A stretch of 64,000 nucleotides of DNA from the IMG/VR virus record IMGVR_UViG_3300020049_002269, positions 2,188 through 66,187 of that record. The stretch is one strand, 5' to 3'. Below, piece after piece: positions 34,639-44,811 of the stretch. Within the stretch, counting starts at the first letter, position 1; each line of letters begins with the position of its first letter. The notes below the pieces were generated by a model. That model saw nothing but the letters and a program-made list of their open reading frames with translations. It ran no database searches and was not told where the DNA came from. This DNA is from a virus (Duplodnaviria > Caudoviricetes). The position numbers and the translations under genes are program-made.

Positions 34639-36129
34639 TCAGATCAGGTTGTGTGAGCCTTCGACCTTGCGCACAACATCGCCCTTGCTGTAAACCAATG
34701 TGTACTTGGCGGTGTACTCGGTCACGCCAGACACCGGCACGCTTTGCACAATCGCCACATCAGCCCAAAAGCCTTTGCTCTGCACGTCACGCCATGCGTC
34801 AGGATCGCCGCTCAGTTGCGTTACAGCGATCTTCTGTGCGGTGGTCAGCACCTTGTCAATGATGATCGTGCCGTTGAACTTGGCCTTGTTCACGCCGTCA
34901 ATCACTTGAGCCAGCACGTAAGAGCGGCCCTCGTTGTTCGCTGGAATCTTGTTCAGCGACAGTTGCAGGCTCAGCAGCGCGGCGGTCAGGTAAGCCTTGA
35001 GCCATTGCTCATTGGCATGGACAGACATATCGACCGGAGCCGTAGCACCACCCAGCAGAAAGCCGCGCTGGAAAAAGCTGATGTTCTGCCCTGCCGATGC
35101 TGTCTGACCGTAGTAGTTCACCCGGGCAGTGTCGTAGATATTGGCGAGTGCGTCGGTCGTCACGTCAGCAGTGAAGCCACCGACCTGACGATACATGTAG
35201 TTCACCGTGGCGTTGCGTCGCTCGTAGTCAGTAGCGGACATGATCGCGGCGGGGATGGCTTCTTTGTACTCGCCTGCCGTGCCGTTCAGGATGATGCCCG
35301 TAGATTGGATGCCAGACAGCGCGGCGACAGTGGCCGTGTAGGTGCTAGGCGTCACGCTGACATAGAACTGATACTTGACGTTCTCACCGGCCACATACTG
35401 CGCCACAGCCTTAGCCTCGACGTCGGTGATGGACTCACCAAACGAAGCCGATCCGAACGAGTCGGACGCTTCTTCAGCAGCTTGGAAGGCATCCAAAGGA
35501 TTATGAGCAGCCACACCCGGCGACAGGATGGCTTGCGGGTCATTCAGGCCCAACAGCGTAGACAGCGGAGTCACGCCAACCGAGACAGCAGCGCTACCAA
35601 CCACACCACCCGAGATGATGAACTGTGCGCGGCCCACATCATAGGTTACGGTGGCGGCAGTGAACTGCGTGCCCGTGCCTGTGCGGATGGCTGTCTGCAA
35701 AGCGGTTGCCACATTGGCAAACGATAGAGCCGCCGAAAGATTGATGGCCGCGATGGTGTTGGTGTTTGCGCCGAGCGTGATATTCAGCGAACCTGCGCTA
35801 ACTGCGGTCAGCTCAGCAAGTGTTGCAGGAGTTGCGCTATACACAGCAGGCACACGTCCAGCTGGGGCGTAGGCGGCGAACTGCAAAGCACGCGGGGCCG
35901 ATGCAGGGGCGGGGCTCACATAGCCGAAGTATTGACGGGCAAAAACAGCTTCGTCACTGGTCGATCCGAAGAAGTCGTCAGCATCGCCAGAGCCCAACTC
36001 AAGAATTGAGCCAACAGGCACGCGGGGGTCAGAGGTGAAGCGGCGATGATCCAGCTTGCGCTGCGCCACGCTGGATGCGCCAGACACCGAACTGATGATG
36101 TCCACATAACGGGTGATTTTGATTGCCAT
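34639..36129 (-). CDS. Tail sheath protein (DUF3383-like)
   Basis: RYVDIISSV, NYYGQT, NEQWLK, IPANNEG, YSKGDVVRKVEGSH. Confidence 0.82.
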   Translation of the reverse strand: MAIKITRYVDIISSVSGASSVAQRKLDHRRFTSDPRVPVGSILELGSGDADDFFGSTSDEAVFARQYFGYVSPAPASAPRALQFAAYAPAGRVPAVYSATPATLAELTAVSAGSLNITLGANTNTIAAINLSAALSFANVATALQTAIRTGTGTQFTAATVTYDVGRAQFIISGGVVGSAAVSVGVTPLSTLLGLNDPQAILSPGVAAHNPLDAFQAAEEASDSFGSASFGESITDVEAKAVAQYVAGENVKYQFYVSVTPSTYTATVAALSGIQSTGIILNGTAGEYKEAIPAAIMSATDYERRNATVNYMYRQVGGFTADVTTDALANIYDTARVNYYGQTASAGQNISFFQRGFLLGGATAPVDMSVHANEQWLKAYLTAALLSLQLSLNKIPANNEGRSYVLAQVIDGVNKAKFNGTIIIDKVLTTAQKIAVTQLSGDPDAWRDVQSKGFWADVAIVQSVPVSGVTEYTAKYTLVYSKGDVVRKVEGSHNLI

Positions 36130-36137
36130 GTCTATCC

Positions 36138-36674
36138 TCAGACTCGGTGAATATCCACGCCGATACCGGCATGGTGGGTTTGTTGCGTGGTCAGTCGCTT
36201 ATGACTCACCACAAAATCAAATGATGGGTTTTGTTCGTACTGGTCTAGATCGTTCACGAAATAAGGCGCACGAACCGGAGAAGGCATTTGCACGCCTACG
36301 CCGTTACTGGTCATATTTTGCACGAATCGCAGCGATTGCGCCAGCATTCTAACGATATTGCACAGGTCTTTTGCCGTCAGAGCAGTGGTGTTATTTGGGT
36401 CATCCGGCGAGAACACGTTAACCTGAAACTGAGTTTGCACAAACTGAGCTTCTACTGTTTCAAGCTCCAACGTATCAGGATTGGTAATGGTCGTGCGGCC
36501 CTGCCATCCTCGTGCAGTATCCGAGACTGTCCAGAAGTAAACACCACGCGCCACGCGCCCCTGAGCGACGCTAGGCTGATTCCCGGGGATGACGGGGAGG
36601 TCAGTGATACCCGCGTGCGTGAGGCAATCAAGCAGCGTATTGCGGATCAGGGCTTGTAGCTGCTTGTCGTTCAT
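36138..36674 (-). CDS. Tail terminator / gateway protein
   Basis: Start MNDKQL; DQYEQNPSFDF; precedes the sheath. Confidence 0.6.
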   Translation of the reverse strand: MNDKQLQALIRNTLLDCLTHAGITDLPVIPGNQPSVAQGRVARGVYFWTVSDTARGWQGRTTITNPDTLELETVEAQFVQTQFQVNVFSPDDPNNTTALTAKDLCNIVRMLAQSLRFVQNMTSNGVGVQMPSPVRAPYFVNDLDQYEQNPSFDFVVSHKRLTTQQTHHAGIGVDIHRV

Positions 36675-37039
36675 GCTGCGCCCACATCCACAAGCGTCAG
36701 ACCGTTCCACCCATCGACCATGTACCAATCTTCAGAGCCGACAACCTCGAACTTGCGCCCGTTGTAGATGATGAGGTCTGGCGACTCGCCACGATTGACG
36801 CCAACCACAGGGTTGGCCGTGTACATCTTGGCATACACCTTCTTGGTGTCAAACCCCATCTCATGAACTTCATCAGCGGGCATGGGCTGCACAGACCCAA
36901 TGATGGTCACGTCTGCGTAGTAGGTCACAACAAAGTTTCCGATGCTGTTTTGCGTGCGCGACCTGAACTGTCGCCACTTGGCTTGCTGAGGAGAGATTGC
37001 GCCGAGTGCGATGTTCAGGAGATTGATGCCGGGGATCAT
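36671..37039 (-). CDS. Head closure / collar protein
   Basis: MIPGINLL...GSVQP...DLIIYNGRKFEV. Confidence 0.65.
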   Translation of the reverse strand: MIPGINLLNIALGAISPQQAKWRQFRSRTQNSIGNFVVTYYADVTIIGSVQPMPADEVHEMGFDTKKVYAKMYTANPVVGVNRGESPDLIIYNGRKFEVVGSEDWYMVDGWNGLTLVDVGAA

Positions 37040-37524
37040 ACTGTGACCTTGTAATCTACTGAGTTGAGCATTAGCCCAGTGGCAACCAATGGTTTTGAGA
37101 TGCTGCCAGGGCGTGCTGTAGCGGCTACACCTTGCGTCAACTTACGCAAGCGTGCGTCAACAGTTGAATCCTGCAAGGCTGGCGACGTGACAGACTGGAT
37201 AGATTCCTTGATCTGCCCGCTGATCTTCATGCCCATCTGGTCAAGCACTTGTTTTGTGCTCAACTGTCCGTTGGCTACGGCTTTAAACCCGCTCAGGAAA
37301 TTGCGCTGCCATGTGGTGCGCTCTGCATTCATGGCGGGGCGCATGAAAGGACGGGCCGGGATTGGCCCCCATCCAAACTCATGGATTGAGGCAACATAGG
37401 CAACGGGCACACCAGATGGATATACGGCAGTGTCGAAGAAACCCACCTCAAGGCGGGCATTCTTGATGCTTTCCATCTCCTTGCGAAGACGAGCAATCCC
37501 CTTGCCGTAGATCACCTTAGCCAT
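37036..37524 (-). CDS. Neck / virion morphogenesis protein
   Basis: VAYVASIHEFG..IPARPFMRP...KPLVATG. Confidence 0.7.
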   Translation of the reverse strand: MAKVIYGKGIARLRKEMESIKNARLEVGFFDTAVYPSGVPVAYVASIHEFGWGPIPARPFMRPAMNAERTTWQRNFLSGFKAVANGQLSTKQVLDQMGMKISGQIKESIQSVTSPALQDSTVDARLRKLTQGVAATARPGSISKPLVATGLMLNSVDYKVTV

Positions 37525-37946
37525 CGACCCCGCCCAGGGAAAACGCCACCTACAGAGCGAAACGCCGAACGCTCAGGCAACCCGCCAACGTAGACGCCGC
37601 CCTTAGAGCAACGATCCAGCATGGCAAGCAACTGCCCGCCATAGGGTGACTTGAACAGCCAGAATTTATAGGCACTAGTCCCAAAAGGGGGCGCAGCAAA
37701 CGCCACGCTTACCTTATCAATGGTGGCCGAAGTCACCGCACCTGCACCACCATTACCAGTGGCCACTTGGCCTTGGATATAGAGAAGATGGGCAACCATG
37801 AGTTGCCACATCTGCACATCGCAGTCGCAGCCGTCTTGACCAATCAGGCACAGCGCAGAAGTCGCAGCGGCCTGCGCAGTGGCGTCAGGCACGCTATCGA
37901 ACACCGGATAAGCGGTGCGGAATGCTGATAGGTCGAAGACTGCCAT
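37512..37946 (-). CDS. Head-tail connector (DUF4054-like)
   Basis: FRTAYPVF...LMVAHLL...SPYGGQLL. Confidence 0.75.
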   Translation of the reverse strand: MAVFDLSAFRTAYPVFDSVPDATAQAAATSALCLIGQDGCDCDVQMWQLMVAHLLYIQGQVATGNGGAGAVTSATIDKVSVAFAAPPFGTSAYKFWLFKSPYGGQLLAMLDRCSKGGVYVGGLPERSAFRSVGGVFPGRGRWLR

Positions 37947-38299
37947 TAGCGGCCCTTGGCTGCACGGGTGCGGACACCCGTCTTTTGCTCTTGCGCCTCA
38001 GCATCAGCCTCAGTATCAGGGGCCGAAGCGTCAGCACGCTCCATGTCAACAACCACCTTCTCCACATCGTGGCGCTTCGATTCCCAGCGGATGAAGCCGT
38101 TTTTGTGGTGAAGCTGGAACAGGGGCAACTTCTTGAGGGCTTCCAGTTGGGCAGTGGTCACAGGCGTGACAACGCCAGCACTGGTCAGCATGTATTTGTC
38201 GGGCACGTTAGCACCGCCAGCGATCAAGACGAATTGATCCTCGCCGATCATGTAGCTAACCGAGGCAGTCAGCGTGCTGTAAACGTAAAAGTCAGACAT
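37946..38299 (-). CDS. Hypothetical head-associated protein
   Basis: YVYSTL...IAGGANV...GVVT; between capsid and connector genes. Confidence 0.6.
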   Translation of the reverse strand: MSDFYVYSTLTASVSYMIGEDQFVLIAGGANVPDKYMLTSAGVVTPVTTAQLEALKKLPLFQLHHKNGFIRWESKRHDVEKVVVDMERADASAPDTEADAEAQEQKTGVRTRAAKGR

Positions 38300-38349
38300 T
38301 CATTCCTCCAATATAGGCGGGTGGATTTTACACCACCCGCCCGCGTTGA

Positions 38350-39435
38350 TTACACGCCGGTCACGCGCACGCACAGGTACGGGCGCTTCCACATCACACC
38401 AGCCGTGGCGGTGCCGAAGTCTTCGATGTAGCCCTTGGCGCGACGCTCGGCGCCGATGTTGAACATCTTGGCCGGAACGATCTGTTGCAGAGCTGCGCCG
38501 CCATCGGTCGAACCGTCGCTGATGCTTTCAGCCCAGTAATACGCCACGTTTGCGCCGCCGTTAGCAGCGGTGAACTCGGGAGCGTACTCAACACGAACCG
38601 AAGGATAGTTCGCGTTCAGCCAAGCCAACGGGGTCTGACCGTAGGTGTTCGGCTTGGTCATGATGGTCGAATAACCAACCGGCAGGGCGATGGTGAACGC
38701 AGAATTCTGGTCCACGTTGCCGCCGCTGTTGGTCATGATCGAGCCGAGGCGGGTAGCCATCTCGGTGGTGATCTCGTCGAACGTCATGGCGCTGTAGGTC
38801 TTGCTGCCTGCGGTCGTGGCGTATGCGGCCAAGCCGGGATCATTCAGCAGGCCATACACACCAGCAGCGCCCGAGGCGAAGCCCACGAAGCCAGCGCGGT
38901 TGCGGGCGATTTCCAACGACAGCAGCGCGGCGCCACGCTTCTCAGCAGCCATCGAAATGCCGCCAGCGGCCTCGCGGGCGTCTTCCAAGTTGGAGACTTG
39001 AAAGCCCTGCTCGAAACGCACGATACCGCGAGTCTCGTAGGCGTGACCATACGAAGCCAAAGGGATGTTGGACGAATCACCGTACAACTCGGCCTTGGCC
39101 ACGGGGGTCGAGACGCGCTGAACGATGGTGTCGTCGTACCAGTTGCCAGCAGCGGTGATGCCAGCCAGACGGTCGATGTTGCGGACGGTGGTCAGTTGAC
39201 GCACCAGACCCGGCAGCCACACTTGCAGGAATTGCTGCAAAGCGGCACCAGAGCGACCGGCAGGACCGACCAGAGCGGTGTCCATGGCAGCATGGACAGC
39301 TTGGTCAAAGCCGATGACGCCCAAGTCGGGCAGGGACTGATAAGCCGCAACGGCTTGGTCAGCAGCGATTTGCACGGGTTTGCGCTGGGCCAGTTCGCGG
39401 CCCGACACAGAGTGCTTGATTTCAGAGGTCTTCAT
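38350..39435 (-). CDS. Major capsid protein (DUF2184-like)
   Basis: 361 aa; RNRAGFVG...YGLLNDP; position after the cement gene. Confidence 0.85.
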   Translation of the reverse strand: MKTSEIKHSVSGRELAQRKPVQIAADQAVAAYQSLPDLGVIGFDQAVHAAMDTALVGPAGRSGAALQQFLQVWLPGLVRQLTTVRNIDRLAGITAAGNWYDDTIVQRVSTPVAKAELYGDSSNIPLASYGHAYETRGIVRFEQGFQVSNLEDAREAAGGISMAAEKRGAALLSLEIARNRAGFVGFASGAAGVYGLLNDPGLAAYATTAGSKTYSAMTFDEITTEMATRLGSIMTNSGGNVDQNSAFTIALPVGYSTIMTKPNTYGQTPLAWLNANYPSVRVEYAPEFTAANGGANVAYYWAESISDGSTDGGAALQQIVPAKMFNIGAERRAKGYIEDFGTATAGVMWKRPYLCVRVTGV

Positions 39436-39449
39436 GTGTCGGACTCCAA

Positions 39450-39932
39450 TTACAGGCGGACCACAGCCAACGACGGGGCGTTAGCAGCAGAAGGATTGTG
39501 GCGAACCACGGTAGCACCGGCGATCTGGGTTTGACCAGCGGTAGCGGTGCCAGCACCCAGGGTGCCGTCAGCGTTGACGAAGAACACAGGATCACCAATG
39601 GTCACAGCAGTGCCGACAGACAGCAGCACATACACTTCACCCTTGACGCAGAACTCAGACACGCGGCCATTGCTCACCGAGTCGGTGGTAGCGGCCAGAG
39701 TGTTGATAGCGTGCGCCTTGGGGTTGACCATGATGCCAGCGAACAGGCCAGTACCACCGGCTTGCACAGACTCGACCGATTCGGTCTTGTAGGTGAACGC
39801 ACGGCCAAAGACGTTGTTGGCTTCGGTGGTGGTGTCAACGATTGCGGTGATGCCGGTGTAAGGCGCGTCAAACGCGATTTCACCGGGGATGCCCGACACG
39901 AGGTCGGAGATAACGGACGAGGGGAAAGCCAT
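39450..39932 (-). CDS. Capsid cement/decoration protein
   Basis: Start MAFPSSV (TAATG overlap); GIPGEIAFD...FGRAFT...FAGIMVNPK. Confidence 0.7.
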   Translation of the reverse strand: MAFPSSVISDLVSGIPGEIAFDAPYTGITAIVDTTTEANNVFGRAFTYKTESVESVQAGGTGLFAGIMVNPKAHAINTLAATTDSVSNGRVSEFCVKGEVYVLLSVGTAVTIGDPVFFVNADGTLGAGTATAGQTQIAGATVVRHNPSAANAPSLAVVRL

Positions 39933-41020
39933 TATTTGGACTCCTTCCACAGTTGGTTCAGGCTAACCACCTTGCCGCCAGAATCAGCAGCAAACGTGGG
40001 CTTGTTCAGGTCAGGGGTGCGGCCATGCAGCCAAGCATCCAGAGCGACGCGCTCAGTGCCAGCCTTGGCGGGCACTTCCAGCTTCTTGACAGCGTAAGCG
40101 GCCAGAGCGTCAGCGGTCATGCTGGCATGGTCGAAAGCGCCGATGAAAGGCGACACCTTGGCGTACAGGGCGTCACGGTCTGCGATCTGACCCAGCAGGG
40201 AGCTGGAGTCTTGAGCGGTAGACAGTTGCTTGCGCAGCTCTGCCAGCTCGGCGCGCATGGCGTCCATTGCCTTGGTTGCCGGATCTTCGGCTGGGTCGGC
40301 GGCGGCGGGAGTCGGGGCAGGATCAGCGTCCACACCCAGCTCTTCGCCAGCTTCTTCCTCGGCCTTGATTTCGGCCAAGATTTGTTTGATTTGGGCTTTC
40401 AGGTCCACATCAGTACCGGAGACCTCAGCCGCCGGTTTGGTTTCGTCAGCCATTAGGGCCTCCTTTAACATTGCAGAGTCAAGCGCACACAAGTGCGCAG
40501 CGGAATCAAGCACCGACACGTCGGGGCCTGTGCGGCCCTCTGTGACAAGTGCCAGATGATTTGCCCGAATCTCTCGTTGTATAGCGTCATACGCTTCACC
40601 GTTGAAAGTTCCGGGCGTCATATCGAGTTTGAATCGGTAGCCTGGTGACAACTCACGCTTAGTTCCAGACTTAACCAGACCCTTTGCCGATTCGGAATAG
40701 ACCTTGATGTTGCCGCGCAGGTAGGGTGCATCGAAGTAAACATCTTCCCCGATAACGCCTTGCACGCCTTTGCGCTCGGCGGGTGTAAAACCTGAGGCCT
40801 CATCCCCCAGCATGGCGTGCTCGTCGACCAGCGGCATCAGCTTGAACGAATCAATCGTCTCTTGCGATGACAGCTCTTCTTCAGGTCGATAAACCTTATA
40901 AATTCGGTCAGGCTCAGACGCGCCAATCTCCCGACCTAGGTACGGGTAGACGCCGGTCTTGGAGATAGGATTGCCCTTGATCTCCACAAACCCGTTAATG
41001 TCCACAGATTGCGCGCTCAT
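39932..41020 (-). CDS. DUF2213 head maturation protease/scaffold
   Basis: PISKTGVYPYLGREI, VYRPEEEL, RELSPGY, NHLALV..GRTG. Confidence 0.85.
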   Translation of the reverse strand: MSAQSVDINGFVEIKGNPISKTGVYPYLGREIGASEPDRIYKVYRPEEELSSQETIDSFKLMPLVDEHAMLGDEASGFTPAERKGVQGVIGEDVYFDAPYLRGNIKVYSESAKGLVKSGTKRELSPGYRFKLDMTPGTFNGEAYDAIQREIRANHLALVTEGRTGPDVSVLDSAAHLCALDSAMLKEALMADETKPAAEVSGTDVDLKAQIKQILAEIKAEEEAGEELGVDADPAPTPAAADPAEDPATKAMDAMRAELAELRKQLSTAQDSSSLLGQIADRDALYAKVSPFIGAFDHASMTADALAAYAVKKLEVPAKAGTERVALDAWLHGRTPDLNKPTFAADSGGKVVSLNQLWKESK

Positions 41021-41049
41021 GCTTCCATTATATCCAAAATGGTGGTTTG

Positions 41050-41340
41050 TCAATACTCTACCAAGGCAATGATTACTTCGTGCTCTAGCTTGCGTGTGGC
41101 GGCAGTCGTGATCTGAATTGTGATCTTGTATCGCGTGCCAGATGTGCCGCCGCTAATCCAGAACTTCACCACTCCTTGGTTATGGCTTGCGGCCTTGTCG
41201 CCTGAGCCTAGCGTGATGCCGTCCTGTGCCGTTACAGCAAGCGTGGCAATACTGTCTCCAACATTCGACAGGTACGGGTTAAAGTCAATGTCGTAGTCCT
41301 GCTCGTCGAAATTCTGCTTTTCAAATTTGGCGACAATCAT
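41050..41340 (-). CDS. Fiber adaptor-like small virion protein
   Basis: DYDIDF..YL...VKFWISGGTSGTRYKIT. Confidence 0.55.
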   Translation of the reverse strand: MIVAKFEKQNFDEQDYDIDFNPYLSNVGDSIATLAVTAQDGITLGSGDKAASHNQGVVKFWISGGTSGTRYKITIQITTAATRKLEHEVIIALVEY

Positions 41341-42116
41341 ATGGATGCCTTAAAGATTCCTGCCGGTACTGTAGCTGAATACTCGCCAGCGGTTACTGAT
41401 GCGACAAATTGTGATGGGATGAAGACTGCGCCACCATCGACAAGATACGCCGCTTGAAGATCAGCATACACCTGGGTTATTGGCGCTTCAACTGTGTAGC
41501 TGGCATCAAGATCGCTTGACACCAACCCGCGCACCATGAATGCGTGTTCGCTTGTTGCGCCGACTGCCGTGCGCAGATCGTATGCAGCAGACGCATCCGA
41601 TTGAACGGCTGCGCGCACATTGTATGAGGCATCCAAAGACGCCCCCACTCCGCTTGCCGTCTGTATTTCGTATGCCGCGCTAAGGTCTGCGATTGCATTG
41701 GTCCGAACCACATAGCTTGCCGACGCATCAGACAGGACAGCGCCACGCACGATATAAGCTGCGCTTGAATCCGTCTGCACACTGGCGCAGATGATGTACG
41801 CCGCTGCTGCGTCAGCCTGTGCCGCTGCGAGGATGGCGTATCCGGCTGACAGATCACTGCTTACCGCGCTTGCCGTCTGGATGTTGTAGCTTGCCGAAAG
41901 GTCTGCGCTTACGCTTGAACGAATAGCATAAGACGCAGCCTGATCCGACGAAACCGAGCCACGGATTGCATAGCTCGCGGACTGATCGCTGCTGACTGTT
42001 GTTGTCCCGCCTCCCGAGGTGGTGTCAATCCAATACTGCCCGCCCGGCGTCATGGCCGAGCGCGTGCCCGTCCCTATGACGTACTCACCACCGGGCGTCT
42101 GATAGCTTGCCATCAA
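41337..42116 (-). CDS. Virion protein with about 13 tandem 14-16 aa repeats
   Basis: V-x-S-D-x-S-A-S-Y-x-I/V-R repeats visible in the translation. Confidence 0.65.
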   Translation of the reverse strand: MMASYQTPGGEYVIGTGTRSAMTPGGQYWIDTTSGGGTTTVSSDQSASYAIRGSVSSDQAASYAIRSSVSADLSASYNIQTASAVSSDLSAGYAILAAAQADAAAAYIICASVQTDSSAAYIVRGAVLSDASASYVVRTNAIADLSAAYEIQTASGVGASLDASYNVRAAVQSDASAAYDLRTAVGATSEHAFMVRGLVSSDLDASYTVEAPITQVYADLQAAYLVDGGAVFIPSQFVASVTAGEYSATVPAGIFKASI

Positions 42117-43447
42117 GCCACCTCAAGCTGCGGGCAGACGTAAATGGTCGTGCTCGGCTTTGCGACACGCACCTTTGCCTGAATGAAACCTTTTTCTTGA
42201 GGCGTGAACGTCACGGACAGCTTTTGCTTGACGGGCGTCGTGATGCCGGTGGTTGTCCATGTGGCCGTGCTGGCGTCTTGATCAGCAGCAGCGGCCAACT
42301 GGCTGGGCCGCTCATCACTCACCAGCGCACCGAGCGGATAGCCTGCGTCATCAAGGTATTGCACCTCTAGCCATGCATTGTCATTTTTGAGCGTAACACC
42401 ATCTGTCAGCACCTCGATGGACACCGTGACTGGTGAGCCGGTCACATCGTTCCATCGTGTGATCGGTGGGGCGTCGAAGTTGATCAGTGGGTATGTAACT
42501 CCGGTGTTCGTGGCGATCCGCCATGAAATAGGCGTAACACCGTCAGACGCGCCACCTGTTCTGTAAACAGCCGTCTCAGTGTTCAGCCCAGCGCCCCACC
42601 CCGACGTGATCAATCGGTAGTTCGTATCTGCCGAGTCGCAGTTGATCATCAACGCCTTCAGGCCACCCTGAGCCAGAGCCGCGCCAGAAACAATGCCGCC
42701 CGTCCATCCTGCGGGCATCTTGCACGAATCAAACTTCACCTGACCAACGCCGTTCAGGTTCGCAGCAAGCAGGTTCACGCCTGTTGCGGCTGTTGTCATA
42801 TTCAGGCCATACACGTCAACGTCAGCGGCCACCACGCTGAAGGTCTTGATGAACTCGGTGATCGCAGACCCAGCCAGAGCACCGTCTTTAATGCTCAGGC
42901 TTGCGGCGTACATCTGAAAGCCTTGCCCCGCGTTGCCGAATCGGATCTCGGCATTCTCCAGAATGAACTTTGTGTTACGGTTCGTTGCGCCGGTTCCTAA
43001 ACTGACGCGGCTACCAGCTCCTGTGTTTTTAAGCTCAATGCCGCCGCCGACGATGCGAACGGAGTGGTATCCGATGCCAGAGTCAAACACGAGATTGCGC
43101 GTTGCAGTCGAACCTTCACCGGCCGTCCAAAAAACACCCTTGCTGTAGAAGCCGTTGTTGAGTGTCAGGTTTGTGGAGTTGGTTGAGCCAATCCGCGCCC
43201 CAGCCTGCTCAACAGTCGGAGGGAAACCGCTGGTCCGGTCGCATGAAATGATCTGATGGACGTTCTGGTAGTTTGCCGGAAACGTGATCGCCACCCCCGT
43301 CAACTCGACGTGATCTGATGCCACGAACACCCGCGTAGGATTGCTACCCTGCGCCGTGATGACAGCCGCCAGCGTCGTGTACGCATCAGCCCAGGACGTT
43401 CCGTTTCCGGCGCCAGTTGCGCCGCTCCAGAGTGCTACGTCAGCCAT
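42113..43447 (-). CDS. Putative virion structural protein (beta-rich)
   Basis: 444 aa; GNGTSWADAYTTL N-terminus; coupled in the structural operon. Confidence 0.6.
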   Translation of the reverse strand: MADVALWSGATGAGNGTSWADAYTTLAAVITAQGSNPTRVFVASDHVELTGVAITFPANYQNVHQIISCDRTSGFPPTVEQAGARIGSTNSTNLTLNNGFYSKGVFWTAGEGSTATRNLVFDSGIGYHSVRIVGGGIELKNTGAGSRVSLGTGATNRNTKFILENAEIRFGNAGQGFQMYAASLSIKDGALAGSAITEFIKTFSVVAADVDVYGLNMTTAATGVNLLAANLNGVGQVKFDSCKMPAGWTGGIVSGAALAQGGLKALMINCDSADTNYRLITSGWGAGLNTETAVYRTGGASDGVTPISWRIATNTGVTYPLINFDAPPITRWNDVTGSPVTVSIEVLTDGVTLKNDNAWLEVQYLDDAGYPLGALVSDERPSQLAAAADQDASTATWTTTGITTPVKQKLSVTFTPQEKGFIQAKVRVAKPSTTIYVCPQLEVA

Positions 43448-43941
43448 TATGGGTTCGTGTCGCCCTGCACGCGCAGAGTGAAGGTGTCAGAAGCAGCAGC
43501 AGCGCCAGCAGTAACAACCCGACGAATCCACACGGGAAAGTGCTGACCTGAAGGAACATCACCCAATGTCAGCCCGGCAGCAAACGATGCCGGGGACGAG
43601 AATGTCACGCCCGTTGGTGCCGTTGTCTCGTTTGCAATCGTCTGCTCGGTTGCATTCAGGCCGGACGTACCAAGCCCCACAAAAATCTCCGTGCCAGGGC
43701 TTGGCGTCTGCGCTTGAATCCACAGCTTCGCGCCGATAAGCGTCAACGTGCCGTTGGTGTTCTGAACGTACACGCAACGATAATCCGTGATGCCTGCACC
43801 CGCCTCTGCGCTGCTCACATCATCAAAGATCCCGACAGGAACATCGACAGATGACTTAACGCCACCAAGCGATGCGGCAGGGTTGCTGTTCGCCGCGCCT
43901 CCGCTCAATCGGTATTTGATTTCGGTTGGTACGATTGCCAT
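43447..43941 (-). CDS. Putative virion structural protein
   Basis: IKYRLSGGAANSNPAASLGG...DYRCVYVQN...PVWIRR. Confidence 0.6.
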   Translation of the reverse strand: MAIVPTEIKYRLSGGAANSNPAASLGGVKSSVDVPVGIFDDVSSAEAGAGITDYRCVYVQNTNGTLTLIGAKLWIQAQTPSPGTEIFVGLGTSGLNATEQTIANETTAPTGVTFSSPASFAAGLTLGDVPSGQHFPVWIRRVVTAGAAAASDTFTLRVQGDTNP

Positions 43942-43953
43942 ATTGATTCCCTA

Positions 43954-44811
43954 TTACTCGTCATCGCCCCAAGATAGCTGGGGCACCATGAAACACCGGC
44001 AATTCGGAAGGCTTCCAGGAAGCCCCCGAGTGCCATCTTTGTCTATTACCGGCAGATTATCCAGAGTGAACACCTTGCCGTCCAGTCTTTCGTGAATCTC
44101 ACGCGGGTGAGCGCCACCACGCGAGTGACGCCAGACGAATTCCTTAACGCCTGCCGACTTCGCCCGCTCGACTTGGATCGCAGATGTCACGCGACGAACT
44201 TGATTCATTGCGATCAGATCACGGCGGCGGTCTGTGATTCCTTCGTACTTGTCCAGAAACTCACGCACGTCAGCAAGGCCACGCCCGCCAGGCTGCAGGG
44301 ATCGCATCACGCTACCCTCGATTTGCGTGTGGTACTTCTCGCCAATCGACTTGATCAAGGCGACGTTCTCTTTGATAGCGGATTGAACAACCTGCTTCAA
44401 TGACGCTGGCATCTTGTCAGTCTTGAGCGTGATGCCGCCGCTCAACTCTTTAAGCGATGTGTTCAGGGTATCTGTGCTGGCCTTGTCCACGCCTCGCAGC
44501 ATGTTCTCAACAATGACGGGCGCACGCTCACGGAACAGGCGCGCAAAGCGACGCTTCAGCGCATTGAGAGCAACGCTTGCCTTATTGGCAATCGACGCAT
44601 CCATGACGATGGCCGGTGTGTCGTCAAACGTGGCAACCAGTTCGCGCCGATACTCACGATACATCAGGCGCAACAGCTTTGTGATCTCAGCGCTATACCG
44701 TTCAATCTGCCCAGCCGAAGGACGCAAAGCACCGCCAACCAGCTTGCCCGATGAGCGCTGGTCTACGTACTTCTCGCGTTTCTTGGTCAGGCGGATATTG
44801 CGGGCCATCAC
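43954..44811 (-). CDS. Minor head protein (Mu gpF-like)
   Basis: FVWRHS.G...R..HE.LDGKVF...PGSLPNCRC. Confidence 0.85.
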   Translation of the reverse strand: MMARNIRLTKKREKYVDQRSSGKLVGGALRPSAGQIERYSAEITKLLRLMYREYRRELVATFDDTPAIVMDASIANKASVALNALKRRFARLFRERAPVIVENMLRGVDKASTDTLNTSLKELSGGITLKTDKMPASLKQVVQSAIKENVALIKSIGEKYHTQIEGSVMRSLQPGGRGLADVREFLDKYEGITDRRRDLIAMNQVRRVTSAIQVERAKSAGVKEFVWRHSRGGAHPREIHERLDGKVFTLDNLPVIDKDGTRGLPGSLPNCRCFMVPQLSWGDDE

